This document shows positions 36,571 to 46,600 of a DNA stretch of 64,000 nucleotides, piece by piece. The stretch covers positions 17,196 through 81,195 of the IMG/VR virus record IMGVR_UViG_3300012232_000011; one strand, written 5' to 3'. Below the pieces are notes generated by a model. It did no database searches. It was not told the origin of the DNA and worked only from the letters and a program-made list of their open reading frames with translations. The position numbers were made by a program, and so were the translations under genes. Source of the stretch: a virus. Within the stretch, counting starts at the first letter, position 1. Every line of letters begins with the position of its first letter.

Positions 36571-37039
36571 TGCGCGACGCGGCGCCGCCGCGCCCCGGAC
36601 GAACCGGAGGCGACCCGGGCGACCGGAGGAGCCAACTCCCGCAATCGAGCGTGCCTCCGTCCCCGTCCGACAGGCGCAACCCGACCGCCGCCAGCGGCGC
36701 CCGACCGGGCTTCGGGACAGGGACATCCGCGCCGCCGGGATGCGGAAGGCGGAGCGGACGGACGGGCACGGGCGGAAGCAATACGTCCTGCTCCCCGCTT
36801 CTGAACCTGATACACCCGCCGCCATCGAACGCGGAGCTTTGTTGGGACCGCCGCCCCTCGTGTCGCTCGGGCTTCCCCTGAGCCTCGAAGTCGCCCTCAA
36901 CAACGAATTGTTCAACCGGGGCATCATTACGGAGGCGGACGCCCGTGCCCGGTTCCGGGAAATCGTCGGTGCCTGGCAAGCCGTCCTAGCTACGGGCGCG
37001 GCGAAGATCCACGCCGTGTACGTTGACGCCGGAACCTGA
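36563..37039 (+). CDS. hypothetical protein
   Basis: 158 aa; Arg-rich N-terminus and helical C-terminus. Confidence 0.55.
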   Translation: MPSARRGAAAPRTNRRRPGRPEEPTPAIERASVPVRQAQPDRRQRRPTGLRDRDIRAAGMRKAERTDGHGRKQYVLLPASEPDTPAAIERGALLGPPPLVSLGLPLSLEVALNNELFNRGIITEADARARFREIVGAWQAVLATGAAKIHAVYVDAGT

Positions 37040-37052
37040 TTCAGCGTAACCT
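37023..37052 (+). promoter_or_regulatory. sigma70-like promoter of leader element 2
   Basis: TTGACG-18-TAACCT, 9 nt upstream of the conserved leader. Confidence 0.6.
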
Positions 37053-37061
37053 GACCCGAAC

Positions 37062-37124
37062 CGAATAGGCTCTAGCACGCCGGAGATGCAGGGGCGGCGA
37101 TCCATCTGATCGCCGCCCCTTTTC
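37062..37124 (+). ncRNA. conserved leader + intrinsic terminator, copy 2
   Basis: First 39 nt identical to copy 1; stem GGGGCGGCGATC/GATCGCCGCCCC followed by a U4 tract. Confidence 0.8.
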
Positions 37125-37154
37125 GCGTGTTCCGGTCTCGGAAGGGGAGATGTC

Positions 37155-38660
37155 ATGGCCAGCACCCGTAAGATCCTCCGAACGCCGTTCAGCCGGCTCT
37201 TCCTGATCGAAGATGGAGCCGGACCCGGCAACGCGCCCATCTATCAGACGCTCGGTCGTGCGCTCGGGTTGTCGGAGGAAGCGGGAACGATCACCCGCAT
37301 CGAAGCGCCGGATCCCGCCAACTACGGCGAGTTCATCACGGTCGACAAATCGCGAGGGCAGCGCGGCTTGCCGCAGATCAGCATCGAAGCGCGGATGACG
37401 CGGGAGCTTTCGACGCTCCGCCGAGCCTTTGAAAAGGGCTGCGCCATCGACCTCCACGTTCACGCCGGACTCTGTCAGGATCCGCAGGACTTCGACCTCG
37501 GGTGGGAGACCGGGTGGATTCTCGAAAACGCGGACGTTCAGAGCTACAGCACCGGCGAACTCGGCGCGCTCGATTCGTCCGCCGACGCGCCCGTCAACGA
37601 AACCCTGCCGCTCGTCGGCGACCGCTGGTATCAATTCGTCCCCGTCGCCGTCGGCGAGATCGGCGAAGGTCCCATCGTTCAGGAGATCGTCGCGGTCGCC
37701 ATCATCGACCGGAAGACCTGCGGTGTGTGCGGCATCGCCTCGAACGGCTGCGACAAACTGTTCGCCGTGACGAAGTCGCACGGCGCGTCGCCTGGACTTC
37801 CCGCCGAGCTTATCTTCAGCGAAGACGGCGGCGGCACTGTGCAGGACACGCCGATCACCACGCTCGCCGCGAACCAAGATCCGACCGACCTGTTCGGCTC
37901 CGGCCAATTCGTCGTCGTGCTGTCCGCCGAGTCGCTCTCGCACCACTACGCATTGATCGCCGACACCCTCGAAGGCACCGAGGCGTGGGGCGAAGTCGAC
38001 GGCGGATACGTCGCGACGCACGGACCCCGCGCCGGCTTCAGCCTCGGGCGGACGTTCAACTGGATCGTCGGCAACCTCGGGTACATCTACTTCACGGAAG
38101 ACCCGACCTCCGCCGTTCAGGTGCAGGACGCGGGGAACGTCACGGCGGAGCATTACCGCGACGTACACGGCGTCGACGAGTTGAACCTGATCGCGGTCGC
38201 TGAGAACAACTCCGGCGCCGTCACGCAGGACGGCGAGAACTGGGCGGCGTTCGTTGGCCCGTCCCCGGGCGACGACCTGCTTACGTGCTGGATGCGCTCC
38301 GAACAGGAATGGCTCGTGGGCACCGACGCCGGCGAGTTGTGGTACACCCGGAACGCCGGGCGCACGTGGACACAAAAGCGATTCGCCGGCGACGCCGACG
38401 GATCGGTCAAGAAGATCTCGTTCGGCTCGCGGAACATCGGCTACATGATCCACCAACCGTCGGTCGGCGCGGCGCGGATCTTCCGCACGCTAAACGGCGG
38501 CTTCTCCTGGTACGTGATCCCGGAGGGGACCGGGTCGATTCCCGACAACGACACGCTCAACGACATCGCCGCGTGCGTTGACAACGTGAACTTCGGCATC
38601 ACTGGTGGGCTTGCTGGCGACGCCGTCGACGGGATCTTCCTCCGCATCTCTGGCGCGTAA
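37155..38660 (+). CDS. major tail (tube) protein with a C-terminal beta-propeller-like domain
   Basis: First gene of the tail operon, upstream of the chaperone and tape measure; BNR-like SEDGG, TQDGENW, TRNAGRTW and TLNGGFSW repeats. Confidence 0.65.
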   Translation: MASTRKILRTPFSRLFLIEDGAGPGNAPIYQTLGRALGLSEEAGTITRIEAPDPANYGEFITVDKSRGQRGLPQISIEARMTRELSTLRRAFEKGCAIDLHVHAGLCQDPQDFDLGWETGWILENADVQSYSTGELGALDSSADAPVNETLPLVGDRWYQFVPVAVGEIGEGPIVQEIVAVAIIDRKTCGVCGIASNGCDKLFAVTKSHGASPGLPAELIFSEDGGGTVQDTPITTLAANQDPTDLFGSGQFVVVLSAESLSHHYALIADTLEGTEAWGEVDGGYVATHGPRAGFSLGRTFNWIVGNLGYIYFTEDPTSAVQVQDAGNVTAEHYRDVHGVDELNLIAVAENNSGAVTQDGENWAAFVGPSPGDDLLTCWMRSEQEWLVGTDAGELWYTRNAGRTWTQKRFAGDADGSVKKISFGSRNIGYMIHQPSVGAARIFRTLNGGFSWYVIPEGTGSIPDNDTLNDIAACVDNVNFGITGGLAGDAVDGIFLRISGA

Positions 38661-38706
38661 ACGGTCGCGGGACCGTGGCGAAAGTAGAAAGCCTGGGTAT
38701 AACGTC

Positions 38707-39486
38707 ATGGCACGACAAAATGGGAAGGCGCCGCCGGGCGCACGGCAGCGAAAAGGCAACACTACGACGGCGGCTGCAGTAGCAGCCGCCGAAGTTGTCG
38801 AACGCGGAGGCGCACGCGAGGCACTCGAATGGACGCTCTCGACGGGCGTGAAGGTCGCGATCACGGCGGCTCCCGCCAACGCCTTACAGGAAGCGGCGCG
38901 GCGGATCCCCAAGCCCGACCCGCCGATGATTATGAACGAGGCGAAACAGCGCGAGGAACCCAACGCGGATCACCCGTCGCACAAACTGGCCCTCGAGCAA
39001 TGGGAATACGATCAGGCGATTGCGGCCGCACAGATCGCCGTGCTGCTCGGGGTGAAGATTCTCGAAGTCCCCGAGGGATTCGCGAGGCACGATGGCGGCG
39101 ACGACGAGTGGATTGACGATCTCGAATACCTCATGCCGGAGATCAAGGTCGACCGGGACAACGAGCGGTCGAGGCGTATCCATTGGCTCCGCTATCACGC
39201 GGCGCGGTCGAACAGCGACATCGCGATCGTGAACTCCGGGCCGATGATGCTCGCCGGCGTGAGTGAGGAGGACGTGGCGAAATCGATCGCCTCGTTTCGG
39301 CGTCTTGAGACACGACACACCGATCTTGGAGTACCCGCTGACACGGCGGGGGGACACGGAGACGGGGATCGCGTATCAGTCGATGATCCCGGGACTGATA
39401 CCGGAGATCGAGGAGCGGGAAGCGGCGCAATTCCTCCATCACACGTGGGCGGAGTGGACGGAGAAGGATCGCCAGTATCGGACTAA
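38707..39486 (+). CDS. tail assembly chaperone (G-like product)
   Basis: Sits between tail tube and tape measure; codon bias collapses after TCG TTT CGG at 39292-39300. Confidence 0.7.
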   Translation: MARQNGKAPPGARQRKGNTTTAAAVAAAEVVERGGAREALEWTLSTGVKVAITAAPANALQEAARRIPKPDPPMIMNEAKQREEPNADHPSHKLALEQWEYDQAIAAAQIAVLLGVKILEVPEGFARHDGGDDEWIDDLEYLMPEIKVDRDNERSRRIHWLRYHAARSNSDIAIVNSGPMMLAGVSEEDVAKSIASFRRLETRHTDLGVPADTAGGHGDGDRVSVDDPGTDTGDRGAGSGAIPPSHVGGVDGEGSPVSD

Positions 39487-39568
39487 CGGTATCGCGCACT
39501 TCCGCCTGCATCATCTGATGGAAGCGCACATGCGGGACGCGGCGATGGAGAAGAGCAGCGATGTTTGA
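39296..39568 (+). CDS. tail assembly chaperone frameshift extension (GT-like product, 38707..39568 via +1 shift)
   Basis: Frame +1 from TTC at 39296 is GC3-rich (FGVLRHDTPILEY...) and ends overlapping the tape measure ATG. Confidence 0.7.
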   Translation, partial: FGVLRHDTPILEYPLTRRGDTETGIAYQSMIPGLIPEIEEREAAQFLHHTWAEWTEKDRQYRTNGIAHFRLHHLMEAHMRDAAMEKSSDV

Positions 39569-42500
39569 GACGCTCGGCGCCCGTGTTGTGCTGGAGGGAC
39601 ATACTCAATACGTCGCCTCCGCCAACCGGGTCAACGCCGCGACCAACAGCATGGTCGGAACCGTGCGCCGCGCACAGACGCAAACCTCCGGCTTCTCTTC
39701 CGGTCTCCGCCAGATTGCCGGCACGAACGCCGCGCTCGCCCTCGGGATGGGTGGGCTTACGCTCGCCCTGTTCGGCGTCGCCGGCGGACTCACCGCCAGC
39801 GGTCGCGCCGCCATCGACTTCGAGAGTTCGTTCGCCGGGATCCGCAAAACGGTCGACGCGACGGAGCAGGAGTTCGACGCGCTCGCTCAAGCGAACCGCG
39901 ATCTCGCAAAGGACATCCCGACCTCGGTTAACGAGCTGAATCGGATCGGCGAGTTGGCGGGGCAACTCGGCGTCACCGGCTCCGCGAACATCCTGAAGTT
40001 TGAACGCACAATCGCGGACCTCACGAACACGACCAACCTGAGTGCGGAGGAAGGCGCGACGGCGTTCGCGCAGATCGCGAACATCCTAGAGTTGCCAATC
40101 GACAACGTCGACCGCCTGGCGTCGTCGGTTGTCGAACTGGGAAACAAGGGCGAATCGACAGAGACCGAGATCACCAACTTTGCCCTGCGGATCGCCGGCG
40201 CGGGGAAGCTCGCCGGACTCACCGCCGATGAGATCACCGGAGTCGGTGCGGCGTTCGCGAACGTCGGCGTACAGGCGGAAGCCGGAGGCACGGCGATCCA
40301 GCGGATCCTGATCTCGATGATTCAGGCAGTCGCGCAGGGCGGGGAGGAACTCGAGACCTTCGCGGAGACCGCCGGGCTGTCCATCGATGCGTTCCGGGAG
40401 CTGGCAAAGAATGATCCCGCCGAAGCCTTCATCCGGTTCTTTGAGGGACTCGGCGAGTCCGGGACCGAAGCGATCCTCATTCTGGACGAACTCGGTCTCG
40501 CCGACGCCCGTGTCATTCGCTCCGCGCTCGGCGTCGCTCAAGCTGGCGACGAACTCCGCTCGTCCATCGACCAAAGCACCCGGGCGTTCGCTGAGAACAC
40601 CGCGCTCACGATTGAGGCGGAGAAGCGATACGCGACGACGGCGGCGCGGCTCGGAGTGCTGCGGAACAACTTCAACGACGTCGCGATCGACGTTGGCAAC
40701 AAACTTCTCCCCGCCCTGGTCGATGCGAGCAACGCGAGCGTGTCGCTCCTGAACGCGCTCCGCCCGTTGGAAGGCATCCTGCCGTCCATCGCGACCGCCA
40801 TCGGCGCGGCGGCGGTCGCCTTCGGTGCCTTCCTCGCGCTCCGGGCGGCGGCGTCCATCATCGCGACGACGGCGGCGTTCGCACAGTTGGCGGTGCAAGT
40901 CCGCACGACCTCGCAAGCCTTCACCCTACTGCAAGCGGCGGGAGGAAGCGTCGCCGGGCCGCTCCTCGCGATCACCGTCGCGATCACCGCCGCGGACCTA
41001 GCGATGCGTGCGTTCACGGGGGAGGGACTCGTCGGCTTCTTTACCGGGGCGGAGCGAGCGAAGCGGCGAGCGGCGGAGCTGGCAGCGGAACTCGGGCGGC
41101 TCCGCGAGATCATCACCGCCTCCGACGATCCGAATCAGGGAATCGCGACCGTCGTGTCCGTTCAGGTCGCGAAACTGGAAGAGGCGGTCAACCGCCTGAA
41201 TCGCCTCGAAGGATTGAAGGCGGGACCGCTTCAGCGGGAGGGCGGCTTCAAAGCCATCGTCGACGCGAAGCGCGACGTCGAAGCCGTCCGCAAGGAACTC
41301 GAGAAGTTGTTCGAGGAATTGGGGCCGGCGGAGCGGCGCGAGTTGGCGATCCAACTCCGCGTCTCCGGAGCTGGCGAGCTGGACGACGACATCGCGAAGA
41401 TCATCCGCGAACAGGAATTGGCGGCGACGCTTGCACAGCCGGCGTTCGCCGACCTCTCGAAGGATATGTTCGAGTTTGGCTCGGCGAACGAAGAGGCGGC
41501 GGTCTCCGGCAAGGAATTGGGCGACGTGCTGGCGGACGACACGGAGTTGGCGCAGACCTTCGCCGATGCCATCGACGCCGCGCTTGCGGGGATCGAGGAC
41601 AACCTGGACCCCGTAACGGAGGGGTTGAAACTTCAGAAGGCGGCACTCGAACAACAGCGGCGGGTGGTGCAGGCGGCGGGTGGCGATACGGCGGTTCTCG
41701 ATGCGCGTATCGAATCGCTGAACAACCGGATCGAGCAATCGACCGCCGTTCTCACACAGAACCAACAGGTGATCCGCCTTGCCGCCGCCGCGCTACAGGA
41801 CGCAGGCGTAAGCGCGGGACGTTCGCAGCTTATCCTTCAGGATTTCGCGGCGTCGCTCGATGCGCTCCCCGACGAACAACAGGTACAGATCCGCGCCCTG
41901 ATCGATCAGGGTTCGCTGGATCAGGTGTTCTCCGTGTTGACGTTGCTGCGACAGGGCGTCGAAGTCCCGGTCGCGTTCGCCATCGCTGGACAGTTTCAGA
42001 GCAAGGTCAACATTCCGCCGTTGCTCCGGAACGTACAGGTGCAAAACGAGTTGGACTTTATCGGACTCGGCGGCGATGAGTTGTTCGACCTCGCCCAAGG
42101 CGCGAAGGCGATGAACACCGAAGTCGCGAAGGCGGAGGACACGTTCGGCAACTTCACAAGCACCGCCGACGGCGCCGCGTCCGCCCTAGACGTTGTGAAG
42201 GATCGGCTCACGCTGGTCATGGAAGCGATTGGCGACGGGATCATCTCCCTGTCCGAAGCCGTCGCGCTCGGCATCGACGAACAGTCGGCGGCACTGTTGG
42301 AGCTGGAGATCACCCGGCAACGGGCGATGGACTCCGCCTTCCGCGAGCGCGTCGAATTGATCAAAACGGCGGAGGCGTTCCGAGGCCTCACGCCGGAGCA
42401 GGTAAAGTTCCGGCTCGCGCTGAAGGCCATCGCCGACAACCTCCGGGAGACCAACCGGACAGCGGCTCAATTCACGCTCGACTCGCTAACCGACGCCTTG

Positions 42501-43217
42501 GAAAACTTCCGGTCGGAACTGGATCGCGTGCTGAACCGCCCGACGAAGGAAACGCTACTGCTTCAGCTTCGGCTCCTCGAACTCCAGCGGCGGCGGGCGC
42601 AACGTCGCGCCGGCGGTGCCTCCGATGAGGAACTTGAGGGCATCGACGAAGAGATCGAACAGCTTCAGAACCTGCTGGAGCTGCGCCGGATCGAATTGGA
42701 CATCGAGCGCACGAAGATCGAATTGGGCGACGCGACGGTGTTGTCCGACCGCGAGCAACTCGATCAGGCGCGGCTGCTCGGGATCGCCATTGGCACGACC
42801 TCACGCGAGGTTCAAAAAATGGGCGGCGTTGTCTTCAACGAAACCCTCGCGATGATCCTGTTGACCGACCGCGTCCTGATTGCCGCCGACGCTATCGGCG
42901 GGATGGCGATCCGGGCGGCGCAAGCCGGAGGGATGGCGCAAGCGCAGCACGGACTCGTTGGCGACTTCGGCTCGGGAACCCCGGTTATGTTGCACGGAGT
43001 GGAAGCGGTTGTGCCCCTAGACCGGGGCTTCGTATCCTTGCCTCAGTTTGCGGGTTCCGCCGCTGGCGGGTCGGTGTTCGCGCCGACGCTTCAACAGATG
43101 GGATTCGACCGCCAGTCGGCGCGGCGGCAATTCAAACAGTGGGTGGACGAGTGGTTGATCGGAGCGGAGTCGCGGAGCAACCGCGCCGGGGCGCCGCTGA
43201 GTCAAGGGATCGGATAG
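39561..43217 (+). CDS. tape measure protein (TP901-like)
   Basis: 1218 aa, Ala-rich helical; FESSFAGIRKTV..ELNRIGELAGQLG..AGGTAIQR motifs. Confidence 0.92.
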   Translation: MFETLGARVVLEGHTQYVASANRVNAATNSMVGTVRRAQTQTSGFSSGLRQIAGTNAALALGMGGLTLALFGVAGGLTASGRAAIDFESSFAGIRKTVDATEQEFDALAQANRDLAKDIPTSVNELNRIGELAGQLGVTGSANILKFERTIADLTNTTNLSAEEGATAFAQIANILELPIDNVDRLASSVVELGNKGESTETEITNFALRIAGAGKLAGLTADEITGVGAAFANVGVQAEAGGTAIQRILISMIQAVAQGGEELETFAETAGLSIDAFRELAKNDPAEAFIRFFEGLGESGTEAILILDELGLADARVIRSALGVAQAGDELRSSIDQSTRAFAENTALTIEAEKRYATTAARLGVLRNNFNDVAIDVGNKLLPALVDASNASVSLLNALRPLEGILPSIATAIGAAAVAFGAFLALRAAASIIATTAAFAQLAVQVRTTSQAFTLLQAAGGSVAGPLLAITVAITAADLAMRAFTGEGLVGFFTGAERAKRRAAELAAELGRLREIITASDDPNQGIATVVSVQVAKLEEAVNRLNRLEGLKAGPLQREGGFKAIVDAKRDVEAVRKELEKLFEELGPAERRELAIQLRVSGAGELDDDIAKIIREQELAATLAQPAFADLSKDMFEFGSANEEAAVSGKELGDVLADDTELAQTFADAIDAALAGIEDNLDPVTEGLKLQKAALEQQRRVVQAAGGDTAVLDARIESLNNRIEQSTAVLTQNQQVIRLAAAALQDAGVSAGRSQLILQDFAASLDALPDEQQVQIRALIDQGSLDQVFSVLTLLRQGVEVPVAFAIAGQFQSKVNIPPLLRNVQVQNELDFIGLGGDELFDLAQGAKAMNTEVAKAEDTFGNFTSTADGAASALDVVKDRLTLVMEAIGDGIISLSEAVALGIDEQSAALLELEITRQRAMDSAFRERVELIKTAEAFRGLTPEQVKFRLALKAIADNLRETNRTAAQFTLDSLTDALENFRSELDRVLNRPTKETLLLQLRLLELQRRRAQRRAGGASDEELEGIDEEIEQLQNLLELRRIELDIERTKIELGDATVLSDREQLDQARLLGIAIGTTSREVQKMGGVVFNETLAMILLTDRVLIAADAIGGMAIRAAQAGGMAQAQHGLVGDFGSGTPVMLHGVEAVVPLDRGFVSLPQFAGSAAGGSVFAPTLQQMGFDRQSARRQFKQWVDEWLIGAESRSNRAGAPLSQGIG

Positions 43218-43601
43218 ATGGCGTACCCGTGGGCGTCCTATGGCAACGTGAAGTGGCTGCGGTCGGAGATCCCGATCCGCGGAACCGATACCAGATGGTC
43301 GCGGCGCAACGTGTCACGCGACGTCGTCGGCAACCTCGGATCAACGAAGGACTCGATTGTGACGCTTGCGCTCCGCTCCGCCGTGCGGACGTGGGAGGCG
43401 TGGTACGACGTGGATCGCTTCAGCCTGATGGAGTCGCTCGTCGGCACGATCGCAACGCTCACCGATTGGGATCAACCCGTGCCGCAGGAACGCGCCGCCT
43501 ACCTCGAACGGGTAGAGTTCATCGAACAGGAATACTTCCGCTGCGCTCCCGGGGAGACTCGCCTGCGCTACCGCGCTCGCCTGGACTGGATCAGCCAATA
43601 G
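43218..43601 (+). CDS. distal tail protein (putative)
   Basis: Small beta-rich gene directly after the tape measure gene. Confidence 0.55.
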   Translation: MAYPWASYGNVKWLRSEIPIRGTDTRWSRRNVSRDVVGNLGSTKDSIVTLALRSAVRTWEAWYDVDRFSLMESLVGTIATLTDWDQPVPQERAAYLERVEFIEQEYFRCAPGETRLRYRARLDWISQ

Positions 43602-43610
43602 GAGCGCACC

Positions 43611-46600
43611 GTGCCCGGTAGTATCTCCCGACCGTTCGCCGACACGTCGATCTGGAACACGCGCATCGGAACGGGTGCGGCTCCTGTTCATGCACAGATC
43701 CCCGCGCCCGTGTTCATCAATCCCGAGCGCGACATCATCGTGCTTACTCCGGCTGAACCCGCCCGGCAAGTTTGGGAGAACGGCGTCTTCGGGTGCGCGG
43801 GGCCCGGCGATCTGTGCGACGAGGTTTCGTACACGGGGCTGGATGTCCCTGTCCCCGACGACTTCGTCGTCCCGAACGAGTGCCCCTTCGTCCTGAACAA
43901 CTCCGCCGCGTTCCTCCTAGCGGACGGCGTCACGGTCAAAGAGTTTCAGCCGGCGCACCGCTGTACCGCCGCCGGGCGCGTCACCTGTTTCGAGGGCGAC
44001 TTCATCTCGACGGGCGATATCGTCGACGGCGATGGCATCTTCGGGTCGCACGGCGGATCGTCAATGTCCGCGCTCGGCGGTTGCATCCGCCCGGGCGAGT
44101 TGGTGCCCGGCGCGGACATTGAACACGCGCTCAAGATCCTGCTGGACGGGCGGTCGCTATCTTCGACGCACGACGGCTTCAGATGGCCCGCCGCCCACGC
44201 CGATTCCGGATTCGAGGATCTTTATACGGGGATCGTTCCGGCATGCCGGATGGGTGCGCTGCTTCACCTGTTGCCGACGTTCGACGTTGACGCGCTGAAC
44301 ACGGAACCCGCGCAGATCATCGCCCGAACGCTTCAGCAATATGGCTGCTACGTCGTGGATCTCCGCGCCGACGAAACGAACGTCGGCATGGCGATCTCAC
44401 GCGAGCCGAACTCGATGGGCGGCGACGCGTACCTCGAGTTCGCGGATACCTGGGGCTTCGACTTCTCCGCAGACACCGGCCCGTGGTTCGACGATATGGT
44501 CGCCATCTTCACCGCGCTGCACGTTGTAGATAACAACAGCGAAAGCAACATCGGCGGCGGCGGCGGAACCGTCGCGAGCGTGTTCCAGTTTGAAGCCGGC
44601 AAGGTCGCGACGCAGCAGGTAATCGTCGGTACGGGGACGGTGCTGAACCGGGTCAAGTCGATCTCGTATTCGTTCCGCGTCGCGACGGTTCCGACGGCGA
44701 CGATTGTGTTGAACGAACTCCCGCCCGGCGCCGTCGCGTTCAATCAGGACATCCGGGTCTATCTCGGGTTCAACGGGTTGAACCTCCTACAGTTCACCGG
44801 GCGGATCATTCACGTAAACACGAACGAACACAACACGGTCGTCGAATGTTCCGGGCGTGCGTTCTGGCTCGATGTTCCCTATCGAGATGTCCTGTTGACG
44901 ATCCAGAACATCTCGAACAGCTCCGCGATCACGACGCTGCTACAGGGAGCCGGAATCCCTGACTTCACCCTGATCGGGATCCCCGCCTGGCAAATGGGGA
45001 CGGTTGACCTCGCGCCTCAGAGCGACGACGTCGAGGATAAGTTTGTCACGCTCGAGTTCGAGACCACGGGCGAAGCGATCATGAAGATCGGCGAGCCGGA
45101 CGGAATCCGATGGATGGAGACCGCGACGGGAACGATCATCGTCACGCCGCTCCGCCATATCCCCGCCGTGTCGCCGTGGCGCACGTACTTCTCGATGCAC
45201 CTGAACGGCGACGCGGAGGAATACCCGACGGGCGTCACCGTGGGGAGGCCTCAGATCCGCAATGTCGGCAAGCAGCAACGCATCCGCGACGTTAAGAACC
45301 GGGTGATCGTGTCGGGCGCGACGATCCAACAGGTAAACGACGACGGAACCGCGGACCCGATCCCGATCACGGGAGTGGCGCAGGCGAACTCGCCATGGAT
45401 CAAGAACTTCGACGGCTCCGCCGCGTACAACACGCTGGACTTCCAGCACGAATTGATCGACACGCTGGCGAAGGCGTCGGAGACCGCGTTTAACGAAGTG
45501 CTGGCGAACAACCGCCTCTTCGAGGATGTGTCGCTCAATATCAACGGCGATCCCGAGTTGGCATTGGCGCGGACGGTGCGCGTCCTGGACCCGGACTATT
45601 CGCGGATCGATGCTCGCTACTTTATCGAGGGCTACACGACAACGCTCGACGTTGAATCGGGCACGTTCGAGTCGTCGCTCGAATTGATCGGGGGACCGGA
45701 CGCCGGCTCCGCCATCGACGTGCTACCGTTCGCCCTCTTCCAGCGAACCATCGACCGCGAGGTTATCGGCGACCGCGTGTGGGCGATCATCACGGTGGAT
45801 TGCACCGGCTCTTATGACTTCGACGGGGAAGTCGTGTCCTACCATCTGGAGGATTCGGAGGGTTACGACGTAACGCAGACGAGTCCGGTCTTCTACCTCC
45901 GGGTCGACCCGGACGCCGCCACGCTTCCCTACCAGATCACGCTCGAAGTTGAAGACGACGACGGGAATGTGTCGCTGCCCTTGACTCTTACGGTCGGGCT
46001 TACACCGGCGGACACCTTCGTCGTCGTCCCCGCGGAGTTCGTCGCGAACGATGCGTGGTTCAGCGCGTCGCCGGACGGCGGGATCACCTGGAACGATCAA
46101 CCCGGCCCGGGCGGCGATTCCGTGATCAGCACGGGCACGAAGCCGCCGAACGGGATCGACTTTGGGATCGGCATCTTCGGGACGGAGCTGGGCGCGATCT
46201 ATCGGACGGATGATTTCTGCGCGACGCCGCCGACGCAAACGCTCGCGCCCGTCGGCTCCCCGATGGTTCACACGTGGCCGGATCTCAATCACCTCGGAAC
46301 CTTTTGGGGCCTCACCCGGGACGGGCGCGTGTTCCGCTCCGATAACGACGGCGTCGATTGGGCGTTGCACGACGATCTCCGGATCGTCTTCAACCGCCCC
46401 AACCTGATCGCCAACCGCATCGCGACACCCGCGCCCGACGGCGTGTGGGTCTTCGGAGGCGAAGGCAACGGGCAACCGCTGATCTGTCACGACTTCGACA
46501 GGGCGCATCACTGGAACAAAGTGCCGATCGATGGCGAGCTGTTGGCCGCGTGCAACGCCGCCGCCGACCCGTCGCTGTATGTCGCCGACGCTGGAAACTC

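Noticed and set aside
38698-38709. Leaderless promoter (TATAAC) for the tail chaperone gene
   Set aside because: The box ends only 3 nt before the ATG, which is too close, and no -35 is evident.
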